A stretch of 34,255 nucleotides of DNA from Promethearchaeati archaeon (GCA_013166835.1 JABLTI010000031.1:1-34255), one strand, 5' to 3'. Positions 8,298-17,768 are shown, numbered from the stretch's first letter. A program made the numbers and translations. The notes: generated by a model not told the origin, from the letters alone.

Positions 8298-9108
8298 TAT
8301 TTTTTTGATTCAGAAGCTCCTCAAATCCACTCAAAGTTATTTTAGGTATATTTTCTATTTCTTCACCTTGAATTAAGAAATTGTAATATTTGATAGATGA
8401 AAACAAATTAGGGAGCTGTGAGAGAAGATTCTTCGCTATTGTGAACTTGATTAGCTTCCTCTCTGAAGCTTGAAAATCTTTATTTTTACTTTCTGGTTTG
8501 GAAAATTTCCCGACAATTTCACCAAAATCATATCCAATCAAAACTACTATTTCTGCTTGCATATTTGCAGCTAAATAAGCAGCTCGATCCCCATCTGTAA
8601 ATCCTCCCAAATTTTTTACTTTGAAAGTCTCCTTTGTTTGGGTTGTCCCGATAATGCCTTCTTTTGGTATTATGTCAGTAATTTCGTTAATTTTTGAAAT
8701 ATTATCTCCATGAGTATGAACAACTACTATTGAACCATTCTCGAAACTCTTTCTAATTGCTGCTATACTTCCATCTAAATCTGTAATAATGACATCAATA
8801 TCAATTCCAAATTTAAGTAGTGCTTTTGTAGCTCCATCAACAGCAACAATAACTACTTCCCGTCTGAAGTTCTTCACCAAATTGAATAACAGCTCAATAG
8901 AGCTTTCAAGAGATGGGCCTGGTCCAAACAAAAGAACAATCTTGTGTTTTATAATTAATTTTAATTTCCTAAACGTTTTTCGTACGGTTTGATAAGTTAA
9001 TCTCGAATGTAAAACATGAGTTGCTATCAGATCCGTTTTTGCATCAATACTAAGCATTGAACAAATTTGCTCATAATCTTTTTTTCTTAATTGCTTGTAT
9101 TGCTTCAT
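8290..9108 (-). CDS. mptE: 6-hydroxymethyl-7,8-dihydropterin pyrophosphokinase (archaeal, DUF115)
   Basis: GPGPSL, VAVDGAT, ITDLDG, VHTHGDN, NLGGFTDGDRAAYLA, GYDFG, KLIKF. Confidence 0.88.
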   Translation of the reverse strand: MKQYKQLRKKDYEQICSMLSIDAKTDLIATHVLHSRLTYQTVRKTFRKLKLIIKHKIVLLFGPGPSLESSIELLFNLVKNFRREVVIVAVDGATKALLKFGIDIDVIITDLDGSIAAIRKSFENGSIVVVHTHGDNISKINEITDIIPKEGIIGTTQTKETFKVKNLGGFTDGDRAAYLAANMQAEIVVLIGYDFGEIVGKFSKPESKNKDFQASERKLIKFTIAKNLLSQLPNLFSSIKYYNFLIQGEEIENIPKITLSGFEELLNQKNTK

Positions 9109-9213
9109 AAATCATCAGACCGATTGCTTACAGTAACTATTATTTCTTTACTTATTAAAAATAATATTCAAATAAATTATTATGAGGTAATCTGTTATTT
9201 AACTGGGATATAT

Positions 9214-9852
9214 ATGTCAAATACAAATCTTCCCTTTCAAAGTGAAATTATCTATGAAGCAATTATTACTACATATAATCAGCAGAATCAACCAAATGCT
9301 GCTCCAATGGGCTTCTCGATTACTAAAGAAAAACAAGTAATAATTCGTCCTTTCAAAGAATCAGATACGTACAAAAATCTACAAGATCAAAAGAAATGCA
9401 TAGTTAATATCACAAATGATCCAGATCTATTTGTGAAAAGTACTTTGTTCCAAGATTTATTGACTGACGAATTTTATATTAAATCCAAAATAATTAATGC
9501 TCCAATTCTGAAAACTTGTAAAGGGAATCATATAACACTAAAAGTCATAAAAGAAAAGGGTGAAGAAGAGAGGGGAATATTCCATTGTGAAATCATCAAA
9601 GTAGAACTAAGCAGAGAAAATATTCAACCACATACCCGAGCTTTCTCATCTTTGATTGAGATCCTAATTCATACTACTCGAGTAATTCATTTTTCCAAGA
9701 CAAGTGGACTAAGTGATCCGAAAGTCAAACAATTAAGAGAATTAATTGAGCATCACTCACAGATAATAACTCGAGTAACAAATAAAGACTCCCAATTTCA
9801 GGAATATCTTGAGAAAATTCAAGAGAAAATATTCCAAGAAGTAGGGGAATAG
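9214..9852 (+). CDS. DUF447 family protein (FMN-binding split barrel-like; methanopterin-associated)
   Basis: YEAIITT...PNAAPMG...PFKESDTYKNL...VNIT...RAFSSLIEILIHTTR; ATG 9214 preferred because the longer frame overlaps the divergent mptE start. Confidence 0.8.
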   Translation: MSNTNLPFQSEIIYEAIITTYNQQNQPNAAPMGFSITKEKQVIIRPFKESDTYKNLQDQKKCIVNITNDPDLFVKSTLFQDLLTDEFYIKSKIINAPILKTCKGNHITLKVIKEKGEEERGIFHCEIIKVELSRENIQPHTRAFSSLIEILIHTTRVIHFSKTSGLSDPKVKQLRELIEHHSQIITRVTNKDSQFQEYLEKIQEKIFQEVGE

Positions 9853-9867
9853 ACAAAACAAGTTAGG

Positions 9868-10923
9868 ATGAGGATTTTGAAACCAGAAAATATATCGTAT
9901 CCAATTGAAGGTTTTTTCATAAAATCAGTTGATGACCTAATTTTCGACGTTAAAGGATTATCTCATCCTCAGGATAGAATTATTTCCTTTGTTAGATATG
10001 TACCTGCAAAATTCTACAAGAATACTCAAAAAATTGTTACTAAAGGTTACTGTAAATTATACGATTTGTTAGAAAGATATGCCTTTTTGCATCAGAATTT
10101 TCCTCAGTATATCTACGAAGATCCAATGGGTCGAGGTTTATTACAAGCTGTGGCAAAAAAGGATATTATAGAAATCTATAATCCTGTCCAAAGACTACAA
10201 CAAATTGCTAAAACAGAAAGAGAAGAACTTGACTCATTAAAAAAACTAGCTCAAGAATTAACAAACAAAATAGTGGAACATTGTGGCATTGATTCAAAAT
10301 ATTTCGGTATTACAGGTTCAATCATGATAGACTTACATGGTAAGAAATCAGATGTTGATTTAGTTGTGTATGGAAAAAGAGATAGTATTAGAGTCTATCA
10401 GGGGATGAACAGCATTTTTGAAAATTACGATAACATATCACGTTATACAGATAACGAATTGAAGACTTTATGGAAAGCTAGAGGGCAAGAAGAGCAGATA
10501 GATTTTGAATCATTTCTCGTAAGCGAGAAGAAAAAGCAATTGCAAGGAACAATATCCAATATAGATTTCTATATTCGACTCGTTTTACTTCCTGCTGAAT
10601 ATTACGAACCATATGATCAGACTAAGATTACTTCTCTAAGTGAACTCGAAATCGAAGCAACTATAGGGAATGATGACTATTCGATTTTTACCCCTTGTAT
10701 TTATCATCTCAAAGATGTCATAATAAAAAATCCGAAAATAAATGAAACAATACCACCTGACAGAATCTTCTCAGTTCGAGGTCGTTACTGTGATATTGCG
10801 AAAACAGGAGATAGAATTACTGCAAAAGGAAAATTAGAGCAAGTAAAAATCACTAATCAGAAAGAGTATTTTCAATTAACATTAGGCACTAATAAAAATG
10901 AATTCATGAAGAAAATACTGTAA
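9868..10923 (+). CDS. Predicted archaeal nucleotidyltransferase (COG1665-like)
   Basis: FDVKGLSHPQDRIISFVRYVP; Pol-beta motif GITGS-x9-SDVDLVVYG; C-terminal OB-like IFTPCIY...GDRITAKGKLE. Confidence 0.8.
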   Translation: MRILKPENISYPIEGFFIKSVDDLIFDVKGLSHPQDRIISFVRYVPAKFYKNTQKIVTKGYCKLYDLLERYAFLHQNFPQYIYEDPMGRGLLQAVAKKDIIEIYNPVQRLQQIAKTEREELDSLKKLAQELTNKIVEHCGIDSKYFGITGSIMIDLHGKKSDVDLVVYGKRDSIRVYQGMNSIFENYDNISRYTDNELKTLWKARGQEEQIDFESFLVSEKKKQLQGTISNIDFYIRLVLLPAEYYEPYDQTKITSLSELEIEATIGNDDYSIFTPCIYHLKDVIIKNPKINETIPPDRIFSVRGRYCDIAKTGDRITAKGKLEQVKITNQKEYFQLTLGTNKNEFMKKIL

Positions 10924-11023
10924 TTTCAACATTTTACTGTTCTTTGGACACGTATTTATATTGTTATGTGACCTAGATTTTTAAAGAATAATATAAACTA
11001 TAAGAAAATAAGGAGTCTCTACC

Positions 11024-11731
11024 ATGACAATAAAAATCGTTCAAGGAACACCAAAGAAGCTATACAAAGAAGTTTCACCCATTGTGAAAGATTGCTTCGA
11101 AGGTGTTTGGACAGAAGAAGACTTGTTACAATTATTAGATTTACCACACGAGAATAATCTCTTTCTGGTAGCATACGATAAAGACAAACCCGTTGGATAT
11201 GCTTTTGTTGTTGCAGATTTTGATGAATCTGTAGATACAAAAATCGCAACCATCCAAGAAATAGGTGTTCTTCCAGAATTCCGCGAATCCGAAATCGCAG
11301 AAGATTTCCTTGACAAAGCCATTCAATTTTCTAAAGTTACTAAAGCAGAATATCTCGAGCAAGTAGTGTCCACTATAGATCAATGGTTAATCCCTGCTTT
11401 CGTAAAGAAAAATCTCAAACCAAGTGAAATAAAAGCTGATAGAGAAATTTCCTCCTTTAATGAAGCAAAATTAATTCTTACTAATATTAAGAAGAATTCT
11501 AAAATCACTGTTTTGATGAATCAATTATTCTTTGAGGATAACGATAAACTAGAGACCCACATAGTAGAAAACGAAGCGGATTTTGAACTCATCAAAAGAA
11601 ATGATCCAATTGCTTTTGGATCAATTATTTCAATAGACAAGGCTGATGATTTAGAAAACACACTTACTGAATTAAAGAACCTAGATATTGAATGGGATGA
11701 AATTGGTATAACATTTAACTATATGTTATAA
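11024..11731 (+). CDS. GNAT-family N-acetyltransferase with an extra C-terminal domain
   Basis: FLVAYDKDKPVGYAF...IQEIGVLPEFRESEIAEDFL (motif A, glycines degenerate); AAGGAG SD. Confidence 0.72.
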   Translation: MTIKIVQGTPKKLYKEVSPIVKDCFEGVWTEEDLLQLLDLPHENNLFLVAYDKDKPVGYAFVVADFDESVDTKIATIQEIGVLPEFRESEIAEDFLDKAIQFSKVTKAEYLEQVVSTIDQWLIPAFVKKNLKPSEIKADREISSFNEAKLILTNIKKNSKITVLMNQLFFEDNDKLETHIVENEADFELIKRNDPIAFGSIISIDKADDLENTLTELKNLDIEWDEIGITFNYML

Positions 11732-11748
11732 AATCTAAAATTGTATTC

Positions 11749-12432
11749 TCATTTGATTTCATTTTCTAATCTTTGAATGGTTTTCCAATAGACTCGTACA
11801 ATTTTCTTTGGCCAAGAATGATTTTTCTTGTAATATTGTTTCAACCAATTAATGGTTTTTTTATCATTAGTACTACCAGAACCAAAATCACCGTATTCTC
11901 TTCTGATTTTTCTTAATTCTTCTAAAGAAGCATTTCTAGCTAAAACTGACCCTGCACCTACAGCTATGAATTCTTTCTCTGCTCTTGGTGTTACAATTAA
12001 TTTAATATTTCGAGTTGAATTATTTTCTTTCAATAAAGAACGCAATTTACCTACTGCTTGAAAATTATCAACTTGGTATTCTGCGATTTTAGGTTGTTTC
12101 TTAGCAATATCTTCAATAGCTCGAAAGAATGCATATGCTTCTGCTTCGTCCATTGACATACCGTTTTTATTGTAATTAGTAAGTACCTCTGCAGAGAGCG
12201 TCTTAATGCTCCAAGCGAGAGATTCTTTCTTAATTAATTCCGCATGAGCTCTGATTTTATTATGAGAAGAATAATTCTTACTATCTTTTATCCCGATTCT
12301 TTCGAATGTTTGTTTTACAGAATCATTTATGGCACAAGCTCCAATTGTCATTGGTCCTATTATCAATCCTCTACCAGCTTCATCTGCCCCAACGACAATT
12401 TTTCCTATCTTTTCCATAATATCATCAACCAT
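11749..12432 (-). CDS. rnhB: Ribonuclease HII (type 2 RNase H), atypical substrate-recognition residues
   Basis: GADEAGRG, GP, KDSK, VDN, AVGAGSVLAR, DFGSG, VRVYWKT. Confidence 0.88.
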   Translation of the reverse strand: MVDDIMEKIGKIVVGADEAGRGLIIGPMTIGACAINDSVKQTFERIGIKDSKNYSSHNKIRAHAELIKKESLAWSIKTLSAEVLTNYNKNGMSMDEAEAYAFFRAIEDIAKKQPKIAEYQVDNFQAVGKLRSLLKENNSTRNIKLIVTPRAEKEFIAVGAGSVLARNASLEELRKIRREYGDFGSGSTNDKKTINWLKQYYKKNHSWPKKIVRVYWKTIQRLENEIK

Positions 12433-13651
12433 TTTTTCTTAATTTCGCAATGAACTGCCCAGGTGTGTCATGCACATCCGGATAGAAATATTGTAGATAT
12501 TCTGATCCTGGGAATCTAGCTGAGCATTTCACTCCAAAGAACAATTCTTGTTTCTCTATGGTAAGATTTAGTTCTTCGATAGCAAATTGAATATTGCCTT
12601 CGTTTTCTGCTGGATCTAAACTATTTGTTGTATAAAATATCGTTCCACCAGGTTTTAGCAACCTTGCAGCTTGTATTAAGTATCTTCTTTGTCTCCTAGA
12701 AAATTCGATTATTTGGTTCTCTCTAATCATCTCAAAGATTTTAGGTCTCAATCCCATATCTGAAGATGGTGGATTGGCTATAATCAAATTAAAGGTCTCA
12801 TCTTTATTATACTTCTTTGCAAACGCGCTAAGATTCAGATTTTCCCGAACAATAGGGGCCTTATACATTCTTAATCGCTTAATGTTCTCATTGAATTTTG
12901 TTAATTTATGAGCTGTACTTCTTTGAGCAACAATTCTCGAATCTTTTACTTCAGAATTCCTTTGCCAAATATGTGTTAAAATTTCTCCAGTATCAGAGTT
13001 CATATCTAATATACGATCTTTTGCCTTAAGATTCACAGAGGAACCTATGAGCATGCTAGGGATTGACTGAGGAATGAATTGCCCACGAAGGTATTCCTTC
13101 AATCCATTTATACTTGGTATTTTATATATGCTCTCAGTGATTTTTATTGCAATGCCTTTTTTCTTTTCCTCAAGTTCGTTTATATTCATCATTAAAATTC
13201 CATTGCCTACAACATCTCCTCTTTTATCGAGCAATGAAATCTCATCACCAATATTAAGATCATCTGTGTATTCAAAATCATTAGACCCTACTCCCACACC
13301 GATTAAGACGCTATTCAATGGTCGTTTATAATTTAAGGTAATCGTTTTCTTTTTTCTTGGGATTACTTCATTTTTAGAAATTTCAAGTAAAATAGCTTCT
13401 TCAAAGTCAGGATGTTGTTTAGCAACAATTTCTTTTTCATTTAATGCTTTGATTAATTTAGAAGCAGTGGTTATTTGTGTGTTTACTCTTACTGGTAAGG
13501 ATTGGGTGTGCTCTTTAAGACTAGCAATTAAAGCACTAGTTCTTTGTAGTCCATACGTAAAGCTTAAGCGTTTAATCAACTCAAAATTAAATTGGTATTT
13601 TTCAATGAGTTGCTCGATTTCGTCATTAATACTCAGAGTAATTCCCTTCAT
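12425..13651 (-). CDS. RsmB/NOP2/NSUN6-like protein with PUA domain; catalytic motifs degenerate
   Basis: VRVNT, PUA insert, QSIPSM, GLRPK, LKPGGTIFYTTNSL..AENE, FYPDVHDTPGQFIAKLRK. Confidence 0.88.
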   Translation of the reverse strand: MKGITLSINDEIEQLIEKYQFNFELIKRLSFTYGLQRTSALIASLKEHTQSLPVRVNTQITTASKLIKALNEKEIVAKQHPDFEEAILLEISKNEVIPRKKKTITLNYKRPLNSVLIGVGVGSNDFEYTDDLNIGDEISLLDKRGDVVGNGILMMNINELEEKKKGIAIKITESIYKIPSINGLKEYLRGQFIPQSIPSMLIGSSVNLKAKDRILDMNSDTGEILTHIWQRNSEVKDSRIVAQRSTAHKLTKFNENIKRLRMYKAPIVRENLNLSAFAKKYNKDETFNLIIANPPSSDMGLRPKIFEMIRENQIIEFSRRQRRYLIQAARLLKPGGTIFYTTNSLDPAENEGNIQFAIEELNLTIEKQELFFGVKCSARFPGSEYLQYFYPDVHDTPGQFIAKLRKNG

Positions 13652-13821
13652 TTTTTTTCTTGAATTTTGTTCTACTAAATCTTTTCTAATTTATTAAACA
13701 TATCATGAATTTATAACAAAATGAGAAAAACGTAATTAAAAAATCTATTTGGTATACTTTTTAGCGTTGAAAGTTTCTTAGTAATTTGTATAGTTTGTAT
13801 TGTTACCTTTCGGAGTGACAA

Positions 13822-14556
13822 ATGGTGCCGGTGTTAAAGAAAGACAAATTCGCGAAATTAATTTCCTATTGTATAGGTAAATCAATACCAATGGATTATC
13901 CTTTGAGAAGAGTAGTCGAGGAAGAGGCTGCAAAGAAAAAATTTGTTCCATTAGGATCATTCTTTCTAAGAGGGTTAGACATGGATGGTGTCATTGCACT
14001 CACACTTCCTAAGAAAGAGTCCTCAGACGGATTAACTCATTACTTATTCGTTTGGTTTTCAAAAGAAGATGTTTCTGTTTCAAGTGAAAAAGCAAATTCA
14101 ACTTTACAAATAAAATCTGTAGATCCTATGCATTTCTCCTTAAGAGGTTCTCCTGAAACATTTGTTAAGGTGATGGGAGAAAGTTCAATGATTCAAAGTA
14201 TCCTGGTTGATTTAGTTGATGATTTGAAATGCCTTGAAAGCTTTACAATTTACAATAAAGAAGGATCCCAAAAGGATGCCCAAGTAGAAATTCCTTCAGA
14301 TCTAATAGGCTCGAGATTTATTGTGCAGACTCTGGTTTCAGAAGAAGCTACCAGTCCAACTCATGGAAAATTTGAACGAATGGAAATAGCTCTGCCACAA
14401 TTAATTGATTTAGCAAATTATTCAATTATGACTGGACTGAAAATGTTCGGTCCAATGAATGAATTCACAAATTTTTGTGCTCAATGCGGACAGAAATTAC
14501 CTCCAGGTAAAAGTGCTTTCTGTATTCATTGTGGTGCCAATTTAGATAAGGAATAA
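13822..14556 (+). CDS. Hypothetical protein with C-terminal zinc ribbon
   Basis: FCAQCGQKLPPGKSAFCIHCGANL; GGAGTG SD. Confidence 0.75.
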   Translation: MVPVLKKDKFAKLISYCIGKSIPMDYPLRRVVEEEAAKKKFVPLGSFFLRGLDMDGVIALTLPKKESSDGLTHYLFVWFSKEDVSVSSEKANSTLQIKSVDPMHFSLRGSPETFVKVMGESSMIQSILVDLVDDLKCLESFTIYNKEGSQKDAQVEIPSDLIGSRFIVQTLVSEEATSPTHGKFERMEIALPQLIDLANYSIMTGLKMFGPMNEFTNFCAQCGQKLPPGKSAFCIHCGANLDKE

Positions 14557-14690
14557 TACTAACCTATCCTCAAATACTCACTTTCTTTTATTTTCATAGA
14601 AAATGAAATAACTGTGTGAAAATAATAACAAATTACTTAAGCTTATTTCATAGGATTTTTCTATGCTGCATTATAGGGATGAACAGATAA

Positions 14691-16619
14691 ATGAAGTTTC
14701 AACTCTCCATCTCTGCTGGTTTTGCTAAGCTAGCAAAAATTAGAAAAGAAGACATAGTTGTTGAAATACCAACCACAATGTCCATTTCTGAGAAAGATGG
14801 TAGTTCATTTTGGAAAATAGGAGAAGAGGATAATTCCGTCATTATGGGTTTACCAACAAGCAGCTTACATCAACAAAAACCTCAAGTTGGAGATGAGGAT
14901 CTAATATTTGTAGCTAATATACTAATGCAACGTTCTCTAAATCCTTCATTGATTGAAAAACAGTTAGCTAAGACTAAAGAGTCGATGATGGAATACTTGG
15001 AGACTATTCCAAGAGAGAAAGCAATCGTTCTAATCCAACCAACTGATTCTCCTGGAATTTTAAATCAAGTTTTACAATTGATTAAAGATTTTGAAATAAA
15101 AAATATCGCCATAACGAATTTGTTACCATTGCTTAATAATCAAAGACAAGCAGTAAGTTTTCTTGCTGGAATAAATTCATTTCTTCCTGTAGATTCAATA
15201 CTTTACCTTTTATCCCCAGTCCCTCACACCTTTTGGCCAATCTTAGCGTATGCAGGGATTAATGTCTTCAATAATGGATTTGCAGAAATAGCCTCAAAGC
15301 AATCAATGTACTTAACAGATTTCGGAGGTATTGATTTAGTATCTTCTTCAGAGAAGCCTTGTTTTTGTGAAGCATGCAACAGTGTTGATCAAATAATTGA
15401 ATTGTTGATGCCTGATCCTAAGAATTCGGATCAATCTCTATTAGAGAAGCACAATAAGTGGATAACAACTAAAAAAATACGTGAAATCAGAAATGCTCTG
15501 AGAAATAGTGATTTGAGAAGTTATGTTGAACAAATGATTCACTCAAACGTATTTAGTGGGGCAGCATTGCGATTATTAGATAAACAACATAATGATGAGA
15601 TTATTTCAAGAACTCCGACTTGGAAAACAGCTCTCATAAAACACATCACTGAGTATAGTTATTATCGCCCGGAAATCCAAGAATTTCAGCAAAGAATTAG
15701 AGATAGATATCAAATTCGGGGGAGTAAGAAGGTCGTAGTAATATTTCCTTGCTCTGCAAGAAAACCATATTCTTTCTCAAAAAGTCATGGGAAATTCTTG
15801 AACACTTTAGGTTCTATTTCAAATAATAAAAGAGGTTATATTCAAGAATTAATCTTAACCTCTCCGTTAGGAGTAATTCCAAGAGAATTAGAAATGGTTT
15901 ATCCCGCTGCCCATTATGATATACCAGTAACAGGCGACTGGAGTCACGAGGAAAAAGAAATAGCTGTAAAACAATTAACTACTGTTCTTTCTGAAGCAAA
16001 GACCTCAAAATTATCAGTCTTAGCTCATGTAAGCAATGAATACGTTGAACTCTGTAAAGAGGCAGAAAAACAACTTAAGATGAAATTCAAATATACGACC
16101 TCTGGTGATAAAACAACTTCCTCAGAAAGCTTATCTTTGCTTTTCGATGAACTTAATTCAATTTTGAAAGATTTAGAACCTGTAACCTATAGATCGGATA
16201 TGGAACTTATCCAAACAATTGCTGATTATCAATATGGTTCTGGAATCGGTCAAGAAATGTTTAAGGAAAAATGTAGAATAAGAAGTAAACCAAATCAACC
16301 ACAATTTATTATGCAGGACAAGAAGCAAATTGGAGTTATCCAACCGACAACAGGAAAATTATCCCTTACATTAGAAACAGGAAAAACCTTAGCAGAAGAA
16401 GAGAAGTATTTTGTTTTGTTTGATGATGAAGAATTGGAAGGCTCCACACTTTTTGCAGTAGGTGTTGTTGACGCTGATCCTCAAATAAGACCAACTGATT
16501 CCGTAGTTATTCTGAATAAGAAAAGAGAACTCGTAGGAGTTGGAAATGCTATAATTTCTGGAAAAGATATGAAAGAAACAAGGCGTGGACCTGCTGTAAA
16601 GATAAAGCAAAAAGTTTGA
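14691..16619 (+). CDS. arcS: Archaeosine synthase subunit alpha (lysine transferase; degenerate TGT barrel + DUF5591 + PUA)
   Basis: CFCEAC...HN zinc site, PCSARKPYSFSKSH, TSPLGVIPRELEMVYPAAHYDIPVTGDW, IADYQYG, C-terminal PUA GVVDADPQIRPTD. Confidence 0.92.
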   Translation: MKFQLSISAGFAKLAKIRKEDIVVEIPTTMSISEKDGSSFWKIGEEDNSVIMGLPTSSLHQQKPQVGDEDLIFVANILMQRSLNPSLIEKQLAKTKESMMEYLETIPREKAIVLIQPTDSPGILNQVLQLIKDFEIKNIAITNLLPLLNNQRQAVSFLAGINSFLPVDSILYLLSPVPHTFWPILAYAGINVFNNGFAEIASKQSMYLTDFGGIDLVSSSEKPCFCEACNSVDQIIELLMPDPKNSDQSLLEKHNKWITTKKIREIRNALRNSDLRSYVEQMIHSNVFSGAALRLLDKQHNDEIISRTPTWKTALIKHITEYSYYRPEIQEFQQRIRDRYQIRGSKKVVVIFPCSARKPYSFSKSHGKFLNTLGSISNNKRGYIQELILTSPLGVIPRELEMVYPAAHYDIPVTGDWSHEEKEIAVKQLTTVLSEAKTSKLSVLAHVSNEYVELCKEAEKQLKMKFKYTTSGDKTTSSESLSLLFDELNSILKDLEPVTYRSDMELIQTIADYQYGSGIGQEMFKEKCRIRSKPNQPQFIMQDKKQIGVIQPTTGKLSLTLETGKTLAEEEKYFVLFDDEELEGSTLFAVGVVDADPQIRPTDSVVILNKKRELVGVGNAIISGKDMKETRRGPAVKIKQKV

Positions 16620-16640
16620 AATAAAACACATTGAGAGTGA

Positions 16641-17768
16641 GTGATTATTATGCTAGACACAAAAGGAATTCTTTCAGAACAAATTTGTTCCCTTAAGAAA
16701 AAATCACTGAAGAAACGAAAGACCAGGGATTCAGGTAAAGCAATAGCTAGCTGGATAGAAGATGATCGCTTAATTACCGGTCCAGGTAAGGCACTGGTTA
16801 TCATTCTCAATTCTCAAGGGTGCAATTGGGGTTTAGGTGTCGATGGTGGTTGTAGTATGTGTGGCTATTCAAATGAGACTTCTGCAATTGATATTTCAGC
16901 TGATGATCTCATAGCTCAAGTTAATAATACCTTGCCAAAATTTTCCAAAAAAGAATTTCAATCCATTAAAATCTTCAACTCGGGTAGCTTTCTTGATACT
17001 AATGAAATTCCAATAGAAGCACAAACTGAAATCTTAGGCATGATAAATGAGTTTGAATCTGTTTCCGAGGTAATTATTGAGTCTAGACCTGAATACGTTT
17101 CTCGAAAAACCTTGAAGATTTTAAGAAAAACATTGGATCAAAGTAAAGAATTAGAAATTGGGATAGGATTAGAAACAAGTAATGATCTTATAAGAATTAA
17201 TAATATAAACAAAGGATTTCTTTTTGAAGATTACAAAAATGCCGTGAAGAGTGCTCTCTCAGAAAATACAAGAGTTAAAACCTATCTCTTACTAAAACCT
17301 CCTTTTCTTACTGAAAAAGAAGCAATAAAAGACACAGTGCAATCTGCAATTGATGCTATTAAAACTGGTTCTAGGTCAATCTCAATAAACCCTATAAACG
17401 TTCAATCGGGAACTCTCGTTTATGACTTGTGGAGAAACGGGATCTATCGCTCGCCTTGGTATTGGACTCTAAAAACTGTACTTTTGAAAATCTGGAACCA
17501 AATTAAGAAACAAAAACTAACTGAAAAAGTGGACAGAATTTTGAGTGACCCGTCAGGTGCAGGAACCCAGCGCGGAATACACAATTGCTCAAAGTGCAAC
17601 AAAGATTTCATTAAAGCCTTAAGGAATTATTCTGTGAATCAAGATTATACAATTCTAAACAAAATAACTTGTTCTTGTCAAAATCTTTGGCTAGAGCTTA
17701 TTAGGCAAGAAGAAGCATCTCGAGATTTTTCCTTAATGAGAGTTGAAAATCCAAGAAACCTCTTGTAA
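16641..17768 (+). CDS. raSEA: Archaeosine biosynthesis radical SAM enzyme RaSEA (synthase subunit beta)
   Basis: GCNWG-x4-GCSMCGY, KIFNSGSFLD, IESRPEY, IGLET, INKG, YLLLKPPFLTEKEA, RGIHNC; directly after arcS; alt. ATG at 16650. Confidence 0.9.
   Translation: MIIMLDTKGILSEQICSLKKKSLKKRKTRDSGKAIASWIEDDRLITGPGKALVIILNSQGCNWGLGVDGGCSMCGYSNETSAIDISADDLIAQVNNTLPKFSKKEFQSIKIFNSGSFLDTNEIPIEAQTEILGMINEFESVSEVIIESRPEYVSRKTLKILRKTLDQSKELEIGIGLETSNDLIRINNINKGFLFEDYKNAVKSALSENTRVKTYLLLKPPFLTEKEAIKDTVQSAIDAIKTGSRSISINPINVQSGTLVYDLWRNGIYRSPWYWTLKTVLLKIWNQIKKQKLTEKVDRILSDPSGAGTQRGIHNCSKCNKDFIKALRNYSVNQDYTILNKITCSCQNLWLELIRQEEASRDFSLMRVENPRNLL

Noticed and set aside
9091-9213. 41-aa N-terminal extension of DUF447 in the ORF track
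   Set aside because: Overlaps the divergent mptE start and promoter space; family similarity begins after ATG 9214.
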